DNA of 37,298 bases from Trueperaceae bacterium (lineage in GTDB: Bacteria > Deinococcota > Deinococci > Deinococcales > Trueperaceae): positions 29,029 through 66,326 of the forward strand of contig JBBDRK010000081.1 in the NCBI GenBank assembly GCA_040905465.1. The letters run 5' to 3'. A program made the position numbers and the translations under genes. Below are positions 26,986 through 37,298 of this stretch, one piece after another. Positions within the stretch are counted from its first letter, which is position 1. Each line of letters begins with the position of its first letter. The notes under the pieces are model-generated. The model saw nothing but the letters and a program-made list of their open reading frames with translations. It was not told the DNA's origin and made no database searches.

Positions 26986-27381
26986 TCAGCTGTTAAACGC
27001 GAGCGGGATATCCGTTTCTGAAAAGTCGTTGCCCTTGAACAGCAGGGGTTCGCCGGTCGACTTGGCGAGGGCATAGGAGAAACAGTCTCCAAAGTTGAGG
27101 GCCGCCCTGTGTCGTCCCTTACCGTATCGGGAGAATGCTTGTTGGGCGGTCATAGCCTGTTCGGCGTCGAACGGCACGAGTCGTATCCCGGCCGAGCCGA
27201 GCAGGAGTCTCAGTTCCCCTATGCCGTCGGCGCCCTTTCTGCTCTCCACCACCATGGCGGTCTCCAGGTAAGTACCGGCTGACATGAGTCTTACCGCCGC
27301 TGATGCGATCTCCAGTTTGAAGGTGGAGGCCTCCGCTTCGTTCTCGAGTACGGCAAGGATCGCCGAGGTGTCGATCACCAC
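26986..27381 (-). CDS. vapC: VapC PIN-domain toxin
   Basis: MVIDTSAILAVL, YGKGRHRAALNFGDCFSYA and LLFKGNDFSETD. Confidence 0.95.
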   Translation of the reverse strand: MVIDTSAILAVLENEAEASTFKLEIASAAVRLMSAGTYLETAMVVESRKGADGIGELRLLLGSAGIRLVPFDAEQAMTAQQAFSRYGKGRHRAALNFGDCFSYALAKSTGEPLLFKGNDFSETDIPLAFNS

Positions 27382-27641
27382 TAGCCGGGGAGTCCGTTCT
27401 CGTTGTAGCCGAGTATTTCGTCAGCCGGCCGGTCATCCAGTGTCGGCAACTTTGTGTAATGCTCTGCAATGGCATCGAGTTGGGACACGACAGATTCGAT
27501 CTCTGCGGTGCGCTTGCGCTGGTTCTTGCTGTGCGCCTCACGCAGGGCGTCGGTGACCACTTGAGTGATCGAACGACCGGTTGACTTCGCCAGCTCTTGG
27601 GCGAGGCGGTGTGCCTCGTCGTTTTTGATGTTCAGAGCCAT
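27381..27641 (-). CDS. vapB: VapB antitoxin (Rv0623-like)
   Basis: MALNIKNDEAHRLAQELA...DEILGYNENGLP. GGAG SD; the stop overlaps the vapC start by 1 nt. Confidence 0.92.
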   Translation of the reverse strand: MALNIKNDEAHRLAQELAKSTGRSITQVVTDALREAHSKNQRKRTAEIESVVSQLDAIAEHYTKLPTLDDRPADEILGYNENGLPG

Positions 27642-27652
27642 CTGGATTCTCC

Positions 27653-27674
27653 AAGGTAGAACATCTGCCACCTT
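27653..27674. promoter_or_regulatory. imperfect inverted repeat over the vapBC -10 region (candidate autorepression operator)
   Basis: AAGGTAGAACATCTGCCACCTT, which includes TACCTT on the minus strand. Confidence 0.45.
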
Positions 27675-27783
27675 CCACCATCGTAGCAGGTTTTCGGTGC
27701 CGGGGTGGGCGCCCGAGCACTCTGTGCGAACGAAACACCATATTAATTGCCAGGTCGAAAGTAGAACATTCGGGGTTGCCTTG

Positions 27784-29094
27784 TTAAGCCCCACCGATTT
27801 CGCCCGTAGTGAGCCATACTCGAAGTCCGCCGTTGCTCGTCGCCAGAGTTCGGGCGTGGCGCAACCGCGTCTCGACGACGCCAGGGTTCGCGCTCAGCAG
27901 CGCAACACGCCAGCGCGTCCTACCCCCGGCCAGCCGGCGGAGAAACGACGAAACGATCTCATCCGCCTCCTGCCGCTCGCCCAGCCGCACCCCGTAGGGA
28001 AGGTTGGCGACGATCAGCCCGCGACTCGCCCCGAGGGTGTCGAAGTCGAAGCTGAGGCTGTCCCGCTGGCGCAACTCGACCGATCGATACTCTGGATGCG
28101 AGAGATTGAGACGCGACGCGTCGAGGGCGTCACCGTCGCTATCGAGGCCGAGGACCGCCGGCAGTGGTGCTGCCGGAGCCCGTGGTCCGGTCGCCGCAGA
28201 GCCACTCGCCACCCTCGCCGCACCGTCGCCTCCGGAGCTCACGCCCCCATCTCCCACATCGAGGCCCGCCCGCCGCCTCACCTCCCGCCAGCGGCCAGGC
28301 CTGTGCCAAGCCGCCTCCTCGAAAGCGAAACTCCGCCTCCTACCCGGCGGCAATCCGGACAGGAGGTCGACCGCCTCGAGGAGCAGCGTGCCGCTGCCAC
28401 AGAAGGGATCGACCACCACGTCGGGCCGGCCTTCCATGCCGGCCAGCCCCTCGAGAACCACGGCCGCCGCCAGCGTCTCGCGCAGCGGGGCGGCGTGGAC
28501 GTGCCTGCGGACGTTTCGTCTGTGCAGGTGCTCACCACTGGTATCCAGGCTCAACGTGCAGCGGTCATCCTGCAAGCGCACATGGAAGGCAAGTGGCGCA
28601 TCGTCAGCCAGACGGGGCGCGAGACCCACCTCGCCCATGCGGCGACCTATCGCGGCGCCGACGGTCTTCGCCAGGTAGCCGCCCCCCTGCAACTTGGAGC
28701 GCCGTGAGCTCATCCTCAGCGCGTAGCTCTCGTAGAAACCGAGGTGGACCTCCCACGGCAACTTCCGGGCACGGCCTACAAGCATCTCCGGAGTCGCCGC
28801 CGGAAAGGACCCCAACCGCAGCATGACCCGACCGGCGGTGCGCAGCTCGAGGTTCACGCGCATCACGCCGTCCAGGTCGAGGGCGAGCGCTTCGCCACCC
28901 CGCTCGGCAGTGGCCCCTCCGCCGGACCCGGCGAGTCCGAGGTCGGCGAGCTCGCCAAGGAGCACGCCCTCGAGGCCAGGCGTTACCTGAACGAAGACAT
29001 CGAACGGCGCCTGCAGCAGCCACCGTTTCACCCGCCGCTCGAGCGCGGAGCTGCTCAATCGCGTTACCTGCCTGCGTGTACCACCCTTCATCAC
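27784..29094 (-). CDS. THUMP-domain RNA methyltransferase (RlmL/YpsC-like)
   Basis: PGLEGVLLGEL, SLDTSGEHLHRR, APLRETLAAA, DPFCGSGTLLLEA and NLPYGVRL. Confidence 0.88.
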   Translation of the reverse strand: MMKGGTRRQVTRLSSSALERRVKRWLLQAPFDVFVQVTPGLEGVLLGELADLGLAGSGGGATAERGGEALALDLDGVMRVNLELRTAGRVMLRLGSFPAATPEMLVGRARKLPWEVHLGFYESYALRMSSRRSKLQGGGYLAKTVGAAIGRRMGEVGLAPRLADDAPLAFHVRLQDDRCTLSLDTSGEHLHRRNVRRHVHAAPLRETLAAAVVLEGLAGMEGRPDVVVDPFCGSGTLLLEAVDLLSGLPPGRRRSFAFEEAAWHRPGRWREVRRRAGLDVGDGGVSSGGDGAARVASGSAATGPRAPAAPLPAVLGLDSDGDALDASRLNLSHPEYRSVELRQRDSLSFDFDTLGASRGLIVANLPYGVRLGERQEADEIVSSFLRRLAGGRTRWRVALLSANPGVVETRLRHARTLATSNGGLRVWLTTGEIGGA

Positions 29095-29147
29095 TGCACT
29101 ACTCCACGCGTCGACTGGCGCTAGCCTTCTGGCTCACTCGATCTGCC

Positions 29148-31270
29148 TCAGATCCCCTCCAACTCCTCCAACGTCCCCAGCGGCCGAAAGGTGTCACGCA
29201 CTTGGCGCAGCAGCGCCAGCCGGTTGCGGCGGATGACGTCTTCGTCGACCATCACCAGGACGTTATCCAGGAATGCGTCCAGTGGCTCCTTGAGGAGGAG
29301 CACGTTGGCGATGGCAGCGTCGAGCCGATCGAGCCGAGAGTGAGGCGACCGTCCCAGGTCCCACGGCTCCAAGCCGAGCCGCGCGGTTTCGAGCAGCTCG
29401 GCGATTCCCTTACGGGCGAGCGGGAGCGCGTGGTTCAGCGGAGCTTCCTCCGCAACCTGGAACAGCCTCGTCTCGATCTCCAGATCTTCCGGTGCTCGCT
29501 CGCCGAGCTTCGCTGCACGCTTGTAGAGGGTCATCAGCGCCGGGAACTCCGGTTCGGCGCTCAACGCAGCCAGCAGGTGGGCGCGGCGGGCGGCGGTTAT
29601 GACCGGCGGAGCGTCGGCGCAGGCGGCACGCACGATGTGAACGCTCAAGCCCTCCTCGGCCAGCAGCGACGCGACACGATCCCACACGAACCGCTCTACG
29701 TCGCGCACCACCTTGTCGTCGACGGTCACCTTGGTGTTCCCGTAGGCTGCGGCTGCGGCTTCCAGGAAGGTTTTCGGCGAGTGCTCCCAGCCCTGGGCGT
29801 TCAAGGTCCTCACCAACCCGAGCGCGTCTCGCCGGAGGCCGAACGGATCCGCCGAACCGCTCCCTCTCTTGCCGGCGGCGAAGAAGCCGAGTAGCTTGTC
29901 TAGCCGGTCCGCGACCGATAGCAGCGCGCCGACCCGGGTGCCGGGAAGCCTGTCGTCCGGGCCCTTGGGGCGCACTCCGTCTTCCAGGGCACGGCCGACG
30001 TCAGGACCGAGGCCCTCGGCCACGGCGTAGGCGCGTGCCATGACGCCTTCGAGCTCCGGGAGCTCGAACACCATGCCGGTTCCCAGGTCCGACCGGTAAA
30101 TGGGCAGCGCCTGCTCGAGCACCTCGCGTTCGGCGGCCGTCAGCACGGTTTCATCGGCAAGACGGCGGGCGGTGTCGTCCACCCGCGCAACCTTGTCTGC
30201 CATCGAACCGAGACTGCCGTGGAACTGGATCCCCGAGAGATCCCAGGCGTGCTGGGAGAGACTCTTGGCGCGGTCGGCGTCCCAGAAGAAGCGAGCGTCG
30301 TAGAGCCGCCCGGCCAGCACCTTCTCGTAGCCCGCTCGGATTACCGACACCTCGGGAACCCGGTTGTTCGAAACGCTGACGAAACGAGCAGCCAACGGGC
30401 CCCTCTCGCTCCGCACCGGGAAGTAGCGCTGGTGGTGGATCATCACCGTCGCCAGCACTTCGTCCGGCAACTCCAGATATCCGTCGTCGAAGCTGCCGAG
30501 CACCGCGAACGGCTCCTCGACCAGGTTGGTGACCTCGACGAGCAGCGCGTCGTCATCGAGCGGCGTAAGGCCCTCGGCGTTCGCTGCCGCCGCAACGGCG
30601 TCTCGGGTTGCCCGCGCCCGCTCGTCGGCGTCGGCCAGCACGTGCGCCTCGCGCAGGGCGGCCAGATAGGAAGCCGGCTCGGCCAGCTCGATGGCGCCGG
30701 GCGCCAAAAAGCGGTGGCCGCGACTGGTCCGTCCGGAGCGCTGGCCGCCGGCTTCAAGGTCGATCACCTCGCCTCCGAGCAACGCCACCAGCCAGGACAC
30801 CGGGCGCACGAAGGCGGTCTCCACCTCGCCCCAGCGCATCTTCCGGGGCGCCGGCAGGTTCTCGAGCAGCGAGCTCAGGAGCTCGGGGAGCACTTCCGCG
30901 GCCGGAGTACCGCCGACTTCCTTGGTTACGAAGACGTAGCGGCCCTTGTCGGTCTCTTCGACAGTGAGCTCGCTCGGATCGACACCGTTCGTCTCGGCGA
31001 AACCGAGCGCCGCTTTGGTCGGTTCGCCCGCCTTGAAGGCGGCGCTCTCCGGTGGGCCGCGCCGCTTTTCGCTGCGCCGCTCGCTGGCGTCTGCCAGGCC
31101 CTCCACCAGCACTGCCAGACGCCTCGGGGTCGCGAAGCCATGGATCTGCCCGTGCGGCAACCGGGCGTCCTCGAGTGCCTTCTCGATTCCGGAGACCAGC
31201 GCAATACGCCCCTGGCTCACATACCAGCTCGGCAGCTCTTCGGTCCCGATCTCGAATAGCAGGTCCGGCA

Positions 31271-31271
<1 letters not shown>
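29148..31271 (-). CDS. glyS: glycine--tRNA ligase beta subunit
   Basis: DLLFEIGTEELP, TPRRLAV, HQRYFP, GSADPFGLRR and RRNRLALL. Confidence 0.96.
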
Positions 31272-32131
<860 letters not shown>

Positions 32132-32259
32132 GGTGGCTCCTGGCGGCAGAACGAGGACTTCCCTGGTAGAGGGGACAATTAAGATTTGGTGGGGCCCGAA
32201 AAGGCGCAATCGTAACGAATACCCTTTCAGGCTTTATTTCGAGCGCGTAGTATAGCACC

Positions 32260-32330
32260 ATGAGTCAACGTCGAAGCATGACCCGCATCGGGCTCGGAGC
32301 GCGATGCAGCGACGGGTTTGGAGGAAGGCC

Positions 32331-32334
<4 letters not shown>
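32260..32334 (+). CDS. putative leaderless 24-aa uORF coupled to clpC (MSQRRSMTRIGLGARCSDGFGGRP)
   Basis: TAGTAT (32248-32253), 6 nt, then ATG; the stop overlaps the clpC GTG (GTGA). Confidence 0.35.
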
Positions 32335-34538
<2,204 letters not shown>

Positions 34539-34555
34539 GCATTCAGCACAACGTG

Positions 34556-34597
34556 TAGCAGGCGGGGCCCGTTCGCAACCGGGCCCCGTTGCTATTT
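34556..34597 (+). terminator. intrinsic terminator-like hairpin after clpC
   Basis: CGGGGCCCG/CGGGCCCCG stem with outer TAGCA/TGCTA pairing, followed by TTT. Confidence 0.65.
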
Positions 34598-34724
34598 GGT
34601 GCCGCGACCGGCCGTCGCCCCGTTTGCGGGGAACCCGGCCCGCTGCCGACCGGCCGTCGTGACACCGGAGAACGGCACTGTATGATGCGGGCAATGCCAT
34701 CACCGCCAGCCCCTGTCGAGTGCC

Positions 34725-36062
34725 GTGCCGAAGGGTAACGTCGACTACATCTGTTCGGAGTGCGGCACGTCTTCGCCGATGTCGCTCGGCCGCTGCCCCC
34801 GTTGCGGATCGTGGGGCTCGATGGAGCCACGCGCCCATGCCCCGGCCCGGCGCGCTTCGGGCAACGGCCGAGCAGCGACCGCTGCGGTACAGGCGCTCGC
34901 CGAGGTCAGCGAGGCGGAACTGAGTCGCAACTCCTCCGGAGACGAGGAGGTCGATCGCGTGCTGGGAGGCGGCTGGGTCAGTGGCTCGGTGCTGCTGCTG
35001 GCGGGCGAACCGGGCATCGGCAAGTCGACTCTGCTGCTTCAGCTCGCTCACCACGCTGCCGCTGCCGCTGCCGAACGGTCGACGCTCTACGTCGCCGGCG
35101 AGGAGTCACCGGCCCAGGTTCGGTTGCGCGCCGAGCGTCTGGGGGTGGGCCAGGGCGTGAAGGTCACGCGTGAGACCGATGCCCGCGCGCTGGCCGCCTA
35201 TCTGCGCGCCGAGCCGCCGCAGCTGGCCATCGTCGACTCGATCCAGACGCTTCTCTCCGAGGACGGCGCAACTCCGGGAACGCTCACCCAGGTCCGCGAC
35301 TCCACCGCTCTGCTGGTGGCGGCCGCCAAAGAGTCGGGTACGACACTGGTGCTGATCGGCCATGTGACCAAGCAGGGGTCGATCGCCGGACCGAAGGTGG
35401 TGGAGCACATGGTAGACGCCACCTTGGCCCTCGAATCGGCGGCCGGGTTCCGGGTCTTGCGGGCCATCAAGAACCGATTCGGTCCGGCAGGCGAGATGGG
35501 TGTGTTCGAGATGGCCGCCGACGGCATGCGCCAGGTTCCCAACCCGTCACAAGCGTTCCTGTCTGAACGCCCGCTGGGGGTACCGGGATCGGTGGTCACC
35601 GCCGCCCTGGAAGGCCAGAGGCCGCTGCTGCTCGAGGTGCAGGCCCTGGCGGCCAAGTCTCCGTATGCCTCGCCCCGGCGGGTGGTCCAGGGTCTCGACT
35701 CACGCCGCGTCGACGTGGTCCTGGCCGTTCTCGAGCGTCGCCTGGAGCTGCCGCTCACCGGACTCGATGTGTTCGTGAACGTCGCCGGCGGCCTGCGGCT
35801 CACCGATCCGGGAACCGATCTGGCCGTTGCCCTTGCTGTTTACTCGGCCGTCACCAACCGCACCATGCCCGAGGGCACCGCCGTCGTCGGAGAGGTCGGC
35901 CTGGCGGGGGAGTTGCGCACCGTGCCGCAACTTGCCAGGAGACGCACCGAGGCGGCCCGTGCCGGATTCGACAACGTGCTCGAGCCTTCGTCGGACTCCC
36001 CCGATGCCCGCGGCTGTCGCTCGGTGCGTGAGGCCATCGAGCGGGCCTGGAGCAACGAATGA
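34725..36062 (+). CDS. radA: DNA repair protein RadA/Sms
   Basis: C4 zinc finger CSECG...CPRCG, GEPGIGKST, KNRFG and a Lon-like C-terminal domain. Confidence 0.96.
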   Translation: MPKGNVDYICSECGTSSPMSLGRCPRCGSWGSMEPRAHAPARRASGNGRAATAAVQALAEVSEAELSRNSSGDEEVDRVLGGGWVSGSVLLLAGEPGIGKSTLLLQLAHHAAAAAAERSTLYVAGEESPAQVRLRAERLGVGQGVKVTRETDARALAAYLRAEPPQLAIVDSIQTLLSEDGATPGTLTQVRDSTALLVAAAKESGTTLVLIGHVTKQGSIAGPKVVEHMVDATLALESAAGFRVLRAIKNRFGPAGEMGVFEMAADGMRQVPNPSQAFLSERPLGVPGSVVTAALEGQRPLLLEVQALAAKSPYASPRRVVQGLDSRRVDVVLAVLERRLELPLTGLDVFVNVAGGLRLTDPGTDLAVALAVYSAVTNRTMPEGTAVVGEVGLAGELRTVPQLARRRTEAARAGFDNVLEPSSDSPDARGCRSVREAIERAWSNE

Positions 36063-37123
36063 GATCCGGCTCGACCGCGTATCTGCTCGCCAGGGCAGCG
36101 ATGACACTGCTGGGCGCGACCGCCGGCATGAGCGCGGCGAATGTGCTGCTGGAACGGGACGTTCTCACCGGCCCCAACAACCTGCTCTACCTCACGCTGG
36201 TTGGCCTGCTTCTCGGGTACCTGATAAGCGCCCCGGTTGCCACGCTGTGGGCCAGGCTGTGGCGGTATCTGGCAAGTCGGGCGAGCACCATTCCTCCGGA
36301 AGCGGTGCTGGCCGCCGGTACCGGAGCCACTGTGGCACTGCTGATCGCCGTGCTGGTCAACAACGTGCTCGCGCCGGTACCGGGATTCACCTGGTACTGG
36401 TCGCTGCTGATCGCGATTGTGCTGGTAGCGGCGTCGACAACGTTCTTCGTAGCCAACCGGCGATTGTTCGGGTCGTTGCGGGCGCCGCCGGAACCGGGCG
36501 TCCGGACGCCCCGTACCGGGACAGAGAAGGTAATAGATACGTCCGCGATCATCGACGGCCGGATCGTAGACGTGCTCGAGGCGAACTTCCTGGCGAGCCC
36601 CATCCTGATCCCCCGCTTCGTGCTGCTGGAATTGCAGCGGATCGCGGACTCCGGCGACCCGTTGCGCCGGCGGCGAGGCAGGCGCGGCCTGGAGATGCTC
36701 GATCGGCTGGCCCAGCAGAAGGCGGCGCCGACACAGGTCATCTCAGACGATCCGGGTGACGCCGAAGGGGTGGACGAGAAGCTGATGGCGGTCTGTATCT
36801 CCCGTGGCGCGGACCTGATAACGACCGACTACAACCTCGACCGGGTAGCCGCCCTCCAGGGCATCCGGGTGCTCAATGTCAATCAGCTCGCCAACGCCGT
36901 GAAGGCGTCGTTTCTGCCCGGCGAGAGGTTGTCGCTGTCGATCGTTCGGGAGGGGCGGGAGCCCGGTCAGGGACTGGCCTACCTGGAGGACGGCACCATG
37001 GTGGTAGTAGAGGACGCTTCCGAGTTGGTGGGCCGAACGGTGGACACCGTGGTTACCAGCAGCCTGCAGACGAACATGGGTCGGATGATCTTCGCCAAGC
37101 CGGCGGATGGCGGCGACGGCTGA
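36059..37123 (+). CDS. membrane PIN/TRAM-domain protein (YacL-like)
   Basis: Four N-terminal TMs, PIN motif DTSAIIDGRI and TRAM motif YLEDGTMVVVE. ATGA overlap with radA. Confidence 0.92.
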   Translation: MRSGSTAYLLARAAMTLLGATAGMSAANVLLERDVLTGPNNLLYLTLVGLLLGYLISAPVATLWARLWRYLASRASTIPPEAVLAAGTGATVALLIAVLVNNVLAPVPGFTWYWSLLIAIVLVAASTTFFVANRRLFGSLRAPPEPGVRTPRTGTEKVIDTSAIIDGRIVDVLEANFLASPILIPRFVLLELQRIADSGDPLRRRRGRRGLEMLDRLAQQKAAPTQVISDDPGDAEGVDEKLMAVCISRGADLITTDYNLDRVAALQGIRVLNVNQLANAVKASFLPGERLSLSIVREGREPGQGLAYLEDGTMVVVEDASELVGRTVDTVVTSSLQTNMGRMIFAKPADGGDG

Positions 37124-37165
37124 CAGGCGTAGCGACTCACGAGCAAATCGTCCCGAAGCGGCAGG

Positions 37166-37195
37166 TTGACACCTCTTCAGGTCGCCTAGTATCGT
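37166..37195 (+). promoter_or_regulatory. sigma70-type promoter for tRNA-Ala
   Basis: Consensus TTGACA, then TATCGT 18 nt later (TAGTAT overlaps it). Confidence 0.65.
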
Positions 37196-37243
37196 ATTCG
37201 CTGCCTCGACGCCGGGTAGGATGGCAATGCTTGCCCGCAGCAT

Positions 37244-37298
37244 GGGGCCTTAGCTCAGCTGGGAGAGCATTCGCTTTGCAAGCGAGAGGTCGTCGGTT
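37244..37298 (+). tRNA. tRNA-Ala (anticodon UGC), truncated by the window end
   Basis: GGGGCCTTAGCTCAGCTGGGAGAGC start, anticodon loop TTTGCAA, and the start of the T-arm GGTT. Confidence 0.93.

Noticed and set aside
27691-27712. attR-like copy of a tRNA 3' end (CCCACCCCGGCACCG on the minus strand)
   Set aside because: Wrong orientation, and it does not match the tRNA-Leu 3' end (CCCCCTTCGGCACCA) beyond a few bases.
37244-37298. rRNA operon spacer, since tRNA-Ala(UGC) often lies between 16S and 23S
   Set aside because: The upstream sequence is a protein gene plus a dedicated promoter, not 16S rRNA; the downstream sequence is outside the window.

Overview
High-GC bacterial chromosomal window, most likely Deinococcota (Truepera-like). 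The taxonomy is inferred from the ClpC N-terminus (NRYDDRARLVFHFAREEG), an AmpT-type M29 aminopeptidase, and several genes whose start codon lies 6-7 nt after a TANNNT box (leaderless pattern). The housekeeping backbone is recO(3' end)-plsY, folC, an HD protein, a SpoIIM-like membrane protein, a metalloenzyme, trpS, M23/hpt/rluB, an aminopeptidase, bdh, tRNA-Leu(CAG), a THUMP methyltransferase, glyQS, clpC-radA-PIN/TRAM and tRNA-Ala(UGC, partial). Two accessory blocks interrupt it. (1) 6004-16975 is an 11 kb co-oriented cluster: beta-PGM, a CdaR-type regulator, two GT4, an SDR, GmhB, HldE and three GT9 heptosyltransferase-like enzymes. It has no gmhA, hldD or lipid A/Kdo genes in the window. 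It carries candidate CdaR operator palindromes and three unannotated mini-ORFs whose stops overlap the next gene's start by 4 nt; two of them also overlap the upstream stop. This is the best candidate for an undescribed system: beta-NDP-sugar glycosylation of a non-LPS acceptor. (2) About 22857-27780, downstream of tRNA-Leu, holds YibE/F, VOC, ArsC, a metallophosphoesterase with a 122-bp duplicated fragment, and a VapBC module. No CRISPR array, integrase or transposase was seen. All calls come from motif reading only; no searches were run.
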